Assembly: GCA_031271345.1 (NCBI GenBank)
Contig: JAISVX010000003.1
Coordinates: forward strand, 293,452-357,451
Length of the DNA: 64,000 bases
Direction of reading: 5' to 3'
Source of the DNA: Lactobacillaceae bacterium
GTDB lineage: Bacteria > Pseudomonadota > Alphaproteobacteria > RF32 > CAG-239
The notes beneath the pieces were generated by a model that saw nothing but the letters and a program-made list of their open reading frames with translations, was not told the DNA's origin and searched no databases. Of this stretch, positions 10,390 to 20,006 are shown piece after piece. The position numbers and the translations under genes were made by a program. The number at the start of each line of letters is the position of its first letter. Position 1 is the stretch's first letter.

Positions 10390-11019
10390 CAAAGATTTAA
10401 TGTTTCTTATAACGTCATCAAACATTTTCTGGGTAAGAACCCCGGTATTGATATTATATCTTGATGTATGATAAGAATTTATCATTAGAAGATTGTGTTT
10501 TTCGAGTTTGTGCATTTTATTATGCCCGAATTTAAACTGAGATTTTCTATATCCTAAAACGCCTAATACCGCATTATGGGCAACGCTGCCCAAGGTTAAA
10601 ATAATTTTCAAATTCGGCATATCGTTTATTTCTTCAATCAAAAATCTGCCGCAGGTTTTTACTTCCTCTCCAGTCACTTTATTTTGAGGAGGAACACATC
10701 TTACAGAGTTTGTAATCCTTACGTCTATCAGCTCAAACCCGTCGTCTTTTGCTTTTTTATATTCGCCTTTCGCAAATCCAAAGTTTTTTATGGCAGGGTA
10801 TAAGACATCCCCGGCATAATCATTGGTAAAAGGTCTGTTGGTTTTATTAGCTCCGTTTAACCCCGGCGCCAGCCCGACTATCAAAACTTTGGCGCTTAGC
10901 GCGCCGAACGGCTCGACGGCTCCATTATAATATTCGGGATATTTTTCAATATTATTTTTGCGAAAGCTGACCAGACGGGGACACATCGAACAATTTTTTG
11001 GCGGCGCATTAAACGGCAT
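10384..11019 (-). CDS. Uracil-DNA glycosylase, family 4/5 (Fe-S type)
   Basis: Contains 'CSMCPRL', 'GLAPGLNGANKTNRPFT' and the C-terminal 'SYHTSRYN' motif typical of UDG families 4/5. Confidence 0.8.
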   Translation of the reverse strand: MPFNAPPKNCSMCPRLVSFRKNNIEKYPEYYNGAVEPFGALSAKVLIVGLAPGLNGANKTNRPFTNDYAGDVLYPAIKNFGFAKGEYKKAKDDGFELIDVRITNSVRCVPPQNKVTGEEVKTCGRFLIEEINDMPNLKIILTLGSVAHNAVLGVLGYRKSQFKFGHNKMHKLEKHNLLMINSYHTSRYNINTGVLTQKMFDDVIRNIKSLL

Positions 11020-11102
11020 AATATCTTCCTTAACTAACTATAAACTAAATTTTAATTAATAATGCATATTATAATAATCAAATTAGAAAAACTAGTCTAA
11101 AG

Positions 11103-11459
11103 GTGAAAGTTATGAAAAAAAGAAGAAATTATATGTACGCTCTGATTGCTGTCCTGGCAGTTTTTTTAGTCGGCGTAATTTTTAATATTAGGAGCATAAG
11201 AGAGTTCTATTTGGCGGCGTTGGCTCATGCAACCGCAATTGAAGTTATTGTTTCGGCGGCAATTGTCGGTTTTGTTTTTCTTGGAAACAGATATTATTGG
11301 ATAATTGTGGTCGGCTGCGCTTTGGTTATATCTATTATAATTCAGCTGTTTTTAGTCGGCAACGGCTTTATAACATCTTTGATAATGGCAAGAGCCTGCG
11401 CTTTTATCGGCATAGTTTATATAATGAATTTTGTGAAGCTGTTTATAAACAAAAAATAA
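11103..11459 (+). CDS. Small integral membrane protein (about 4 TM), unknown function
   Basis: The ORF contains hydrophobic helices and is followed by a very strong terminator. I recognise no family. Confidence 0.5.
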   Translation: MKVMKKRRNYMYALIAVLAVFLVGVIFNIRSIREFYLAALAHATAIEVIVSAAIVGFVFLGNRYYWIIVVGCALVISIIIQLFLVGNGFITSLIMARACAFIGIVYIMNFVKLFINKK

Positions 11460-11471
11460 AATTTAAGGATA

Positions 11472-11513
11472 AAAACACAAAGGAGGCTCTTTTATGAGCC
11501 TCCTTTGTGTTTT
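11472..11513. terminator. Strong bidirectional rho-independent terminator
   Basis: Perfect 18-bp stem aaaacacaaaggaggctc / gagcctcctttgtgtttt with a 6-nt loop. A/T runs lie on both sides. Confidence 0.85.
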
Positions 11514-11526
11514 TCATTTGCCATTG

Positions 11527-12087
11527 CTAGGGGGCGTTCAGCCTGCCTTGGATAAATTCCTTAATGCGGTTCCATTTCTTTTCAATATTGTACGGAACGG
11601 CGTGGAATTTGCCGCCATCAACTGACACTCCCAGCGTTTTGATGTTGTATAAATTATCAAAATTCAGCGTCATCCTTACTTTGCGACCTTCAGAGTTTTC
11701 GAAATCGGAGAGGTTGACATCCATTATCGTACAAGGGGATTTTATAATCCCATCATACATAACCGAACCGCCAAAAGCTCCGTCATAAAAGGTATATGTA
11801 TAAAAAAACCTTTTATAAGCCGAGCTTTCGTAACACCAGTTATGAACCGCATAAGAAAAAATCTTTTTCTCATCAATGGGTTCGTCAAGGTGTTTCTCTA
11901 AAAATTCGATAAAATCCTCTTTTGTAAAGATTCTTGAGTTTTTCAGCTTAAAAAAGACGACGTCGGCTTTCTTTATGCCTTCTTGGAGTTCGCCTTTTCT
12001 TCTTGATGGAACATCGCGCCACTTTTTCAGAGGAAGATTTTCCAAAAATTCTTTCCTCTTGATTGCAATCAAATCTTTAATAGCCAT
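11527..12087 (-). CDS. Hypothetical protein (186 aa), monocistronic, SD-less leader
   Basis: Bracketed by its own promoter (12139-12167) and the 11472-11513 terminator. I recognise no family and there is no SD before the ATG. Confidence 0.6.
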   Translation of the reverse strand: MAIKDLIAIKRKEFLENLPLKKWRDVPSRRKGELQEGIKKADVVFFKLKNSRIFTKEDFIEFLEKHLDEPIDEKKIFSYAVHNWCYESSAYKRFFYTYTFYDGAFGGSVMYDGIIKSPCTIMDVNLSDFENSEGRKVRMTLNFDNLYNIKTLGVSVDGGKFHAVPYNIEKKWNRIKEFIQGRLNAP

Positions 12088-12138
12088 ATTTGTAATTTTT
12101 TTAATTAAATAATATCTTAGACTTAAAATTCAGAAAAG

Positions 12139-12167
12139 ATATTATCAAAAAAATATATAAGAATCAA
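12139..12167 (-). promoter_or_regulatory. Sigma-70-type promoter, TTGATT-N17-TAATAT
   Basis: Read on the minus strand: TTGATT (12167-12162), a 17-nt spacer, then TAATAT (12144-12139). It lies about 53 nt upstream of ATG 12087. Confidence 0.55.
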
Positions 12168-12172
12168 ACGGT

Positions 12173-12754
12173 TTATTTGTATCTGTAGTGTCCCGTAATC
12201 TTATAGTTGAATAGACAGTCTTCTTTAACCTGTCCAAAACCGATGTTATGAAAAATTAAAGGTCTTTTGTCATCCTGACTTTTTTCGTTTATAACAATGC
12301 CGATATGCGGCGTATTGTTTCCGACATCCCATGTTACTATGTCTCCTGCTTTATAGTCTTTAGGATTGTCGGAGATTGGCAGAGTTTCGCCATAGCGGGA
12401 GAAAAACACCTGAAGGTTAGGAACTCTTCTATGGTCAATGTTGGCGTCTGGTTTTTTCAACCCCCAAATCCTTGGATATTTTTCAAAGTTTTTTTTCATG
12501 TCCTCATGAACTTTTTGCTGCAAATCTATGCCCAATTTTCTATATGTCCTGATAACAACGTCTGTACACACGCCTTTGCGTTCGTTGACATCGCCGTTTG
12601 GATACGCAATTTTGGTATATGAAGAATCATAAATCACAAGCGTTTTCAGTTCTTTAGTCGCATTGGCAAGCTTTAAATAAAAATTGTCTTCGGTTTCAGC
12701 AAAAGCTGTTGGAGCTATTAAGAAAAGCAAGAATGCAAGTTTTAGTAATTTCAT
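12173..12754 (-). CDS. DUF1287-family secreted protein
   Basis: Has a signal peptide. Blocks 'GVCTDVVIRTYRKLGIDLQ', 'IDHRRVPNL' and 'GDIVTW...PHIGIV' match my recollection of DUF1287. Confidence 0.7.
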   Translation of the reverse strand: MKLLKLAFLLFLIAPTAFAETEDNFYLKLANATKELKTLVIYDSSYTKIAYPNGDVNERKGVCTDVVIRTYRKLGIDLQQKVHEDMKKNFEKYPRIWGLKKPDANIDHRRVPNLQVFFSRYGETLPISDNPKDYKAGDIVTWDVGNNTPHIGIVINEKSQDDKRPLIFHNIGFGQVKEDCLFNYKITGHYRYK

Positions 12755-12762
12755 AAAAAATC

Positions 12763-13233
12763 CTAAGCCAGCTCTTTTAATTTTAAGTCTCTTATTTCCT
12801 CTGGGTACATATCTTTTTCACAAAAATACGTGTTCCAGATTCTGTTTGTTTGATGCGGTCTGAAACCGTATCTTTCCGAGAGGTTTATCAATTTGTCATG
12901 ATAAAAATTTATCGCGATTAATTTGGGTTTGCCAATGGATTTATCAAAATATATTTTATATAGGTATTTAAGATAGCCCTGATTTCTATATTGAGGAAAA
13001 ACAACTCCGCAGAGAAACTCCGTGCCGTCCGGGTTGCATACGCTGCCTTTGGAAGATATGGCGCACCAGCCTATCCATTCTTTATCGGAGTTCATAAGGA
13101 TATAGCTGTCAATATCACCCCATTCGTTTAACAAGAGTTCCGGCGCAAGATATTCTTCGGCAGGCAGTTCGCCTCTTGTCAATAAAGCATACTTGCTTAA
13201 ATCTTCTTTCTTAAGCTTTGAGAAATAAAGCAT
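12763..13233 (-). CDS. Probable GNAT-family N-acetyltransferase
   Basis: Contains the motif-A-like 'VVFPQYRNQGYLKYLY' and '...ERYGFRP'. A strong AAGGAGGG SD lies upstream. Confidence 0.5.
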   Translation of the reverse strand: MLYFSKLKKEDLSKYALLTRGELPAEEYLAPELLLNEWGDIDSYILMNSDKEWIGWCAISSKGSVCNPDGTEFLCGVVFPQYRNQGYLKYLYKIYFDKSIGKPKLIAINFYHDKLINLSERYGFRPHQTNRIWNTYFCEKDMYPEEIRDLKLKELA

Positions 13234-13354
13234 TAATTAGCCCTCCTTAGCAATTTTAAAATGGTAACATAAAAACAAATCATGGTAAATGTTTTTTTAC
13301 GCAATTGACATTGCTTTTTACATATATCATTATATTTATGTTTAAGGAGTTGAA

Positions 13355-13972
13355 ATGCCGAGTTTTGAAATTGAAAACAGTATAGGCAGTTTGGTTGCCG
13401 GCGTAGATGAAGCGGGAAGAGGACCGTGGGCAGGTCCCGTTGTTGCGGGCGCTGTAATCATATTGGATAAAAATTTGGATAAGGATATATTATCCTCTCT
13501 TGACGATTCAAAAAAAATCTCAGAAAAAAAACGAGAATTTCTTTACAATAAGCTTTTTGCCGAAGAGAAAAAAGGCAGGCTTTATATAGCCATAGGAGAG
13601 GCGAGCTGCAGGGAAATAGATGAAATGAACATTCTGCGGGCGACCTTTCTCGCGATGAAAAGAGCTGTCGCGGGGTTGAAAATATCTCCTGATTACGCGA
13701 TAGTCGACGGCAATCAGAAACCAGTTGATTTTCCGTGCGGCGTAAGAACTGTGGTAAAGGGGGATTCCTTATCTTTTTCTATTGCGGCGGCTTCAATAGT
13801 AGCAAAAGTCCATAGAGATAAAATTATGAAAATCCTGGCGGAAAAATACCCTTATTACAGTTTTGAAAAAAATGCCGGGTATGGAACAAAGCTGCACATT
13901 GAGGGTTTGAGAAAATATGGAATAACTCCTGAACACCGCAGGTCATATAAGCCGATAAAAGAGTTTTTATAA
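13355..13972 (+). CDS. rnhB: Ribonuclease HII
   Basis: Contains the 'GVDEAGRGPWAGPVV' catalytic motif and 'DSKK'. It is 205 aa with an AAGGAG SD. Confidence 0.92.
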   Translation: MPSFEIENSIGSLVAGVDEAGRGPWAGPVVAGAVIILDKNLDKDILSSLDDSKKISEKKREFLYNKLFAEEKKGRLYIAIGEASCREIDEMNILRATFLAMKRAVAGLKISPDYAIVDGNQKPVDFPCGVRTVVKGDSLSFSIAAASIVAKVHRDKIMKILAEKYPYYSFEKNAGYGTKLHIEGLRKYGITPEHRRSYKPIKEFL

Positions 13973-13977
13973 AACAC

Positions 13978-13999
13978 AAAGCGCCCTTTGGGGCGCTTT
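13978..13999. terminator. Bidirectional terminator hairpin
   Basis: GC-rich 9-bp stem aaagcgccc / gggcgcttt with loop tttg. It lies between convergent rnhB and the 14017-14613 gene. Confidence 0.75.
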
Positions 14000-14016
14000 A
14001 TGAATCGGGAGAAAGG

Positions 14017-14613
14017 TTATTCCTTTTCTTTGAGTTTCAAGCTTTTCAGCTTCTTTTCTTTGACAATCTGGTAATGACCGCAGGCATTCCGTATGTTGTC
14101 AACCATGTCGTGGACATCCCAGCGATGAGCTTCGAATCTTTTGCCGTTCAGCCAGACTTTGTCCTTTTCTACTTTGACTGGAAATACGCGCGGATCAACG
14201 GACTCATTTTGCAGGGCATGGTCGCCATAGATAATAACATTTATCTTCTGCTCAAATCTGCGTTTCAATCCGTCCGTCATTGTAAACTCGTCTTCCAAAA
14301 GCATCAGGTATCCGATATTCTTTTCGACGTAGAATTCGAAACCTGTGGTCGAACATATTTTCCCGTCCGCGTTCTTGTAGTATATCAGATGGTTGTCCCT
14401 GACATCTTGGCGATAATCGCTGATGGCAATAGAACTGATAAGGATGATAATTGCGGAAATGACGCAGGTAATGAGAATTCCCGGCCATTTGTCTTCTCCG
14501 GTGTAAGTCTCCTTCGTCCACTCGCAGAATTTGTCTTTCCACTTCGGCGCATTTTTTCGGACATAGGAAATAAACTCATAGAGCTTTCCTTCTTTTTTGA
14601 ACAATTTTCTCAT
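14017..14613 (-). CDS. Hypothetical single-pass membrane protein (198 aa), GC-richer, SD-less leader
   Basis: It has its own promoter (14677-14706) and terminator. One TM helix is present ('ILITCVISAIIILISSIAI'). Codon choice favours C-ending codons, unlike neighbouring rnhB. I recognise no family. Confidence 0.6.
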   Translation of the reverse strand: MRKLFKKEGKLYEFISYVRKNAPKWKDKFCEWTKETYTGEDKWPGILITCVISAIIILISSIAISDYRQDVRDNHLIYYKNADGKICSTTGFEFYVEKNIGYLMLLEDEFTMTDGLKRRFEQKINVIIYGDHALQNESVDPRVFPVKVEKDKVWLNGKRFEAHRWDVHDMVDNIRNACGHYQIVKEKKLKSLKLKEKE

Positions 14614-14676
14614 GATTTTTATTTTTTAAGTTATGAACTAGAATTATTTTAGGCATTGATAATAAAAAATGTACAA

Positions 14677-14706
14677 ATATTATCGCTGGTTTTGTCTAAA
14701 AGTCAA
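14677..14706 (-). promoter_or_regulatory. Sigma-70-type promoter, TTGACT-N18-TAATAT
   Basis: Read on the minus strand: TTGACT (14706-14701), an 18-nt spacer, then TAATAT (14682-14677). It lies about 66 nt upstream of ATG 14613. Confidence 0.55.
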
Positions 14707-14773
14707 TAAGTATTATAAGTCAGACTTTTTTATTTTTCTTGTTAATAAAATTATAACCAAATCTAGAGCATAA

Positions 14774-15904
<1,131 letters not shown>

Positions 15905-15912
15905 AACAATTG

Positions 15913-16983
15913 ATGGAACAGAACGTAAAAAATAAATATACTCCCAATGCTCCTAAAGAAGATAGAAAATATGCGGCTATCGACTTAGGCACAAATTGCT
16001 GCCGCCTGGTAATAGCAGCTCCGACGCCCACATCTTTCAGAATTATCGAGACATATTCAAAAATAACCCGCCTTGGTGAAGGAATAATAAAAGATAACGA
16101 ACTTTCTCAAAGCGCGATTAAAAGAACTATTTCCGCATTGAAAATCTGTTCCGGAGTTATTGCGGAGTATCAGCCGATATCCGAGTGCAGATTTGTTGCG
16201 ACCGCAGCCTGCAGAAGGGCAAAAAACTGTCAGGATTTTATTGATAAAGCAAAAAAAGAAACAGGTTTAGATATTGAGATTATATCAACCCAGGAAGAAT
16301 CAAGGCTTGCGGTTGTCGGCTGCATTCCGCTTCTTAACAGAAATATTACGCGCGGTTTGATATTCGACATCGGCGGCGGTTCTACCGAAATATCCCTGGC
16401 GAGAGTAACAAACTCGGGAAAAGTATTTATTGAAGGATATGTTTCTCTGCCTTACGGCGTCGTTACCATTTCCGAAGCTTTTCCCAAAGATGATATGACG
16501 TCGTTAGCTTATGATACCATAATCGAAAGAACTCATGGATTATTAAAGGAATTTGATGAAAAATATAAAATCACCGAAGGCATTAAAAACAATGAGATTC
16601 AAACTATCGGCACATCCGGAACAGTAACTGTTTTGGGCGCTATTCACCTTAATTTGACAAAATACAACCGTTCCGCCGTCGACGGCATATCTATATCCCG
16701 TCAGGATATGTATAAAGCCATTAATAAAATTAAATCCATCGGCGATGAAGGGCGAAAGAAACATCCTTGCATCGGTATGCAAAAAGCGGATCTTACAATA
16801 GCCGGATGCGCGATTATTGAAGCGTTAAGCTCGTTCTGGCCCATATCGGAAATAACCGTCGCCGACAGGGGAATCCGCGAAGGAATTCTTCTTGATATGA
16901 TGCACCGTTCAAAAAACAAGCAAAACTACAGAAACAAAAAAAGAAAGAGATTTTTTAATAACAGGAAAAAAAGAAATGGATAA
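15913..16983 (+). CDS. Ppx/GppA-family phosphatase, paralogue 1 (short form, basic C-terminal tail)
   Basis: ASKHA motifs are present: 'DLGTNCCRL', 'EESRLAVVG', 'FDIGGGSTEISL' and 'GTSGTV'. The tail is 'KNKQNYRNKKRKRFFNNRKKRNG'. It starts 8 nt after the ccrM stop. Confidence 0.8.
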   Translation: MEQNVKNKYTPNAPKEDRKYAAIDLGTNCCRLVIAAPTPTSFRIIETYSKITRLGEGIIKDNELSQSAIKRTISALKICSGVIAEYQPISECRFVATAACRRAKNCQDFIDKAKKETGLDIEIISTQEESRLAVVGCIPLLNRNITRGLIFDIGGGSTEISLARVTNSGKVFIEGYVSLPYGVVTISEAFPKDDMTSLAYDTIIERTHGLLKEFDEKYKITEGIKNNEIQTIGTSGTVTVLGAIHLNLTKYNRSAVDGISISRQDMYKAINKIKSIGDEGRKKHPCIGMQKADLTIAGCAIIEALSSFWPISEITVADRGIREGILLDMMHRSKNKQNYRNKKRKRFFNNRKKRNG

Positions 16984-17905
16984 TTTCTTTGCCGCAATTG
17001 ATTTGGGAAGCAACTCCTGCCGTCTCTTAATCGCTGATAAAAAAGGCAATACTCTCTTTCAAGAAAACTATCCTGTTAAACTCGGCGAAGGTATGTTTGA
17101 AAACTGTGTAATATCCGACGCGGCGTTTGAAAGGGCGATTGAGTGTTTTACAAGTTTCAAAAAATATATGGAAGAATATAAAGTAACAAAATATCGTGCT
17201 GTTACAACTGCCGCATGCAGAAGAGCAAAAAACTCGGAAAAATTTATCAAAATAATAAAAGAAAAAACAGAAATCCAGATTGAAATCATCGATGGTTATG
17301 AAGAAGCCCTTCTTAACTTGGAAGGCGCGATGATGAATTGCGACAAGAGCAAAAAATATGTGGTGGTTTTTGATATGGGCGGCGGTTCTACAGAAGTTAC
17401 TTTTGCCGCCAACACAAACCCTGCGCAGATTATATACAGCATATCAATTCCCTGGGGAGCCAGAAACGCTTCGGAAGCATTCGGTTTTGGGAAGTATGAT
17501 AAGGGCAAAGCCGATAAGTTGAAAGACGTTATAAATGAGTATATGAAAGATTTTATGGTCAAGACGCAATATGACAAATATATGCAGGACACTTGTGTTA
17601 TCGCGACTTCAAGCGCTCCGCTGAGGCTGGCGTCCATGCAGCATGGGTTTGAAAAATATGACAGGGTAAAAGCCGACGGTCTGGTCATAGATATGACAAA
17701 AATAGACGAGGTTTTTAACAGATATTATTCAATGTCTGTCAAAGAGCTTGCCGCGTCTCCGTTGGTCGGAGAAAACCGTTCGGTTATTTTTATTCCCGGA
17801 TGTATAATTTTTGATACAATTCTTCGAAACAATCTTAAAGCAGAAAAAGTCATTGCATCTCTAAAAAGCGCTAAAGATGGAATTATTAGCAATTTAATAA
17901 AATAA
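16976..17905 (+). CDS. Ppx/GppA-family phosphatase, paralogue 2
   Basis: Contains 'DLGSNSCRL', 'YEEALLNLEG' and 'FDMGGGSTEVTF'. It overlaps paralogue 1 by 8 nt (ATGGATAA). Confidence 0.8.
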   Translation: MDNFFAAIDLGSNSCRLLIADKKGNTLFQENYPVKLGEGMFENCVISDAAFERAIECFTSFKKYMEEYKVTKYRAVTTAACRRAKNSEKFIKIIKEKTEIQIEIIDGYEEALLNLEGAMMNCDKSKKYVVVFDMGGGSTEVTFAANTNPAQIIYSISIPWGARNASEAFGFGKYDKGKADKLKDVINEYMKDFMVKTQYDKYMQDTCVIATSSAPLRLASMQHGFEKYDRVKADGLVIDMTKIDEVFNRYYSMSVKELAASPLVGENRSVIFIPGCIIFDTILRNNLKAEKVIASLKSAKDGIISNLIK

Positions 17906-17909
17906 AAGG

Positions 17910-17938
17910 TTGATTTTAGTATTTTTTTTGTCTAAAAT
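17910..17938 (+). promoter_or_regulatory. Sigma-70-type promoter, TTGATT-N17-TAAAAT, for Ppx paralogue 3
   Basis: TTGATT at 17910-17915, a 17-nt spacer, then TAAAAT at 17933-17938. It lies in the 67-nt gap before ATG 17973. Confidence 0.5.
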
Positions 17939-17972
17939 AAATCATACGTCTTTTCAAGAGGAAGATAATAGC

Positions 17973-18971
17973 ATGAATAAGAACTACGCTACAATAGACA
18001 TCGGAACAAACGCATATAAGATTAGCATTGAAGATGCTGAAGGCGTTACCCAGTTCAATCAGAACCTGCCGTCAAAAAGAATAGGGCAAAGCAGGGAGGT
18101 TGACGGGGAATATTTAATATCCTGCCTAAAAGAATATAGTGAAGAGTTAAAAGGACACGGCTTATCATTAACCGACGATAATGTAAAAGTTATTGCGACG
18201 GAAAATTTCCGCAGGGTTGAAAACTCTGATGAAGTGATGGAAAGCGTAAAAAAAGATTTAGGCGTGGAAATTGAGATTATATCAAAAAACCGCGAAGCCG
18301 ATCTTGGAATGAAAGGCGCGCTTACAAGAGCTAAGGGCGTAGAAGGAAAGAATGTTCTTTACATCGATATGGGCGGCGGTTCTACAGATATTTCTCTTTA
18401 TGACAGCAAAACGAAAGCGATTGAATCGGCGGCGTCTATACCAGTGGGTTCAAGACTGCTGTTGGAAGAGTTAAACACCGCCGGCAAGAGCTATGAAAAA
18501 CTTATTCATGGAAATGTTAAACGCGATATAAGGGATAGCATTGCTCAATTTAAGGAAATGCACGATTTTGGCAGGATTAAAGACAATCTTGTCATATTGA
18601 CGAATGCCAGCCCTGTTTTGAGAGCCATAAATAAGGAGCTGGGCTTAGACAGATATGAGCCTCAGCTTGTTCAGGGAAATGAAAAAAAATTAAGCGATTT
18701 GGGTCCAGAGCTTGAAAAAATTTCTAAAATGAGACCTCAGGAAGCGATAAACGCGGGGTATTCGGCATTCAAAGCTGCGCCTCAGGTTATTACCGGCGCT
18801 TTCATTATGAAAGAAGTTTTCAGCGAGCTGGAACTGAATAATAATCAGCCAATTCAGGCTTCGATAGCAGGCGTTAAGGAAGGTCTAATCGCCGAGATGA
18901 AAAAAGCGGATCAAACTAAGCAGAATACACAGTCTAAATCAATTGAAAAAACTCAAAATTCATTGGTTTGA
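17973..18971 (+). CDS. Divergent Ppx/GppA-like (ASKHA) protein, paralogue 3
   Basis: Contains 'IDIGTNAYKI', 'READLGMKG' and 'IDMGGGSTDISL'. I chose ATG 17973 because GAGGAAG lies upstream; the ORF-track start at 17910 is a TTG inside the promoter. Confidence 0.65.
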   Translation: MNKNYATIDIGTNAYKISIEDAEGVTQFNQNLPSKRIGQSREVDGEYLISCLKEYSEELKGHGLSLTDDNVKVIATENFRRVENSDEVMESVKKDLGVEIEIISKNREADLGMKGALTRAKGVEGKNVLYIDMGGGSTDISLYDSKTKAIESAASIPVGSRLLLEELNTAGKSYEKLIHGNVKRDIRDSIAQFKEMHDFGRIKDNLVILTNASPVLRAINKELGLDRYEPQLVQGNEKKLSDLGPELEKISKMRPQEAINAGYSAFKAAPQVITGAFIMKEVFSELELNNNQPIQASIAGVKEGLIAEMKKADQTKQNTQSKSIEKTQNSLV

Positions 18972-19000
18972 TAGAAATAGTTTACTTTTTTGGTTTATAA

Positions 19001-19036
19001 ATATATACCTATACTTAGTATAGGTATATATTTTTT
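19001..19036 (+). terminator. Rho-independent terminator after the Ppx genes
   Basis: 14-bp stem atatatacctatac / gtataggtatatat with a 3-nt loop, followed by TTTTTT. Confidence 0.8.
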
Positions 19037-19048
19037 GAAGAAAGAAAA

Positions 19049-19735
19049 ATGGTAGTAAATAAATCAAGCAGCGCTGTAAAATCTCAAAGAAATTTAACCG
19101 TAAGAGTAAAAACAGCCAAATCAAGAACCAAATCATCAACTCGCTGGCTGCAGCGCCAGTTGAATGATCAATATGTAGCCGCCGCGCAAAAAGACGGGTA
19201 TCGTTCGCGCGCTGCTTTTAAGCTTATTCAGCTGGATGAAAAATATAAGTTCTTGGGCAAAGGCAAAGTTATCGTTGATTTGGGCTGCGCGCCAGGCGGA
19301 TGGACGCAGGTAGCTGTTGCAAAAAACAAAGGCAAAGGACAGATAGTCGGTCTGGATATTTTAGAAACGCCAGCAATACCGGGCGCTACTTTGATACAAT
19401 GCGATTTTACCGCTGACGACGCTCCAGACAGGATAAAAGAACTTCTTAACAGCGAGGTTGACGTTGTTATGAGCGATATGGCGGCGAATACTATCGGACA
19501 CCAGAAAACAGACCACTTAAGAACCATCGGGCTGGTCGAGTTAGCTTATGAGTTTGCCAAAGAAGTTCTTACCGAGGGCGGCATTTTTATCGCAAAAGTA
19601 TTTCAAGGCGGAGCGGAGGCAAATCTCCTTGCCGATATAAAGAAAAATTTTGCAAAAGTTTCCCACTTTAAACCAGACGCCAGCCGTAAAGATTCATCAG
19701 AAACATATTTAGTTGCGACAGGATTTAGGAAGTAA
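19049..19735 (+). CDS. rlmE: 23S rRNA (uridine2552-2'-O)-methyltransferase RlmE/FtsJ
   Basis: Contains 'WLQRQLNDQYV', 'GYRSRAAFKL', 'VVDLGCAPGGW' and 'VMSDMAAN'. The ppx-rlmE neighbourhood is typical of Alphaproteobacteria. Confidence 0.9.
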   Translation: MVVNKSSSAVKSQRNLTVRVKTAKSRTKSSTRWLQRQLNDQYVAAAQKDGYRSRAAFKLIQLDEKYKFLGKGKVIVDLGCAPGGWTQVAVAKNKGKGQIVGLDILETPAIPGATLIQCDFTADDAPDRIKELLNSEVDVVMSDMAANTIGHQKTDHLRTIGLVELAYEFAKEVLTEGGIFIAKVFQGGAEANLLADIKKNFAKVSHFKPDASRKDSSETYLVATGFRK

Positions 19736-19932
19736 TGGTAAAAAAAGGTCAGCAGTATAAGCATTACAAAGGCAGCGTATACGAAGTTTTGGACGTTGCC
19801 GAACACACTGAAACCGGCGAAAAGTTTGTTATATATTTTAATATAAACATACCCGAAAGAATATGGGCAAGACCATACGAAATGTTTATTGAAAACATCC
19901 CGGACGGCAGAAAAAGATTTGGACTGATTTAG
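19735..19932 (+). CDS. DUF1653-like small protein
   Basis: Contains 'YKHYKGSVYEVL...E...VIY......WARPYEMF', which matches my recollection of DUF1653. Its start overlaps the rlmE stop. Confidence 0.65.
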   Translation: MVKKGQQYKHYKGSVYEVLDVAEHTETGEKFVIYFNINIPERIWARPYEMFIENIPDGRKRFGLI

Positions 19933-20006
19933 ATTTACAGGGCTTTTTTTATTGTAAATATAAACTATATATTTAATATGAACATAATGAAAAATTTATA
20001 TAGGTA

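Noticed and set aside
14074-14652. 192-aa plus-strand ORF almost fully overlapping the 14017-14613 minus-strand gene.
   Set aside because: It has no promoter or terminator in the plus orientation. The predicted protein looks compositionally odd and has no TM or domain logic. The minus-strand gene has a good promoter, a TM helix and a terminator. The open antisense frame is best explained by the locally higher GC content.
14742-14757. A CtrA-box-like TTAA-N7-ATAAC upstream of ccrM.
   Set aside because: It has one mismatch to TTAA-N7-TTAAC, and such strings are expected by chance in very AT-rich intergenic DNA. I found no GANTC sites nearby to support cell-cycle wiring.
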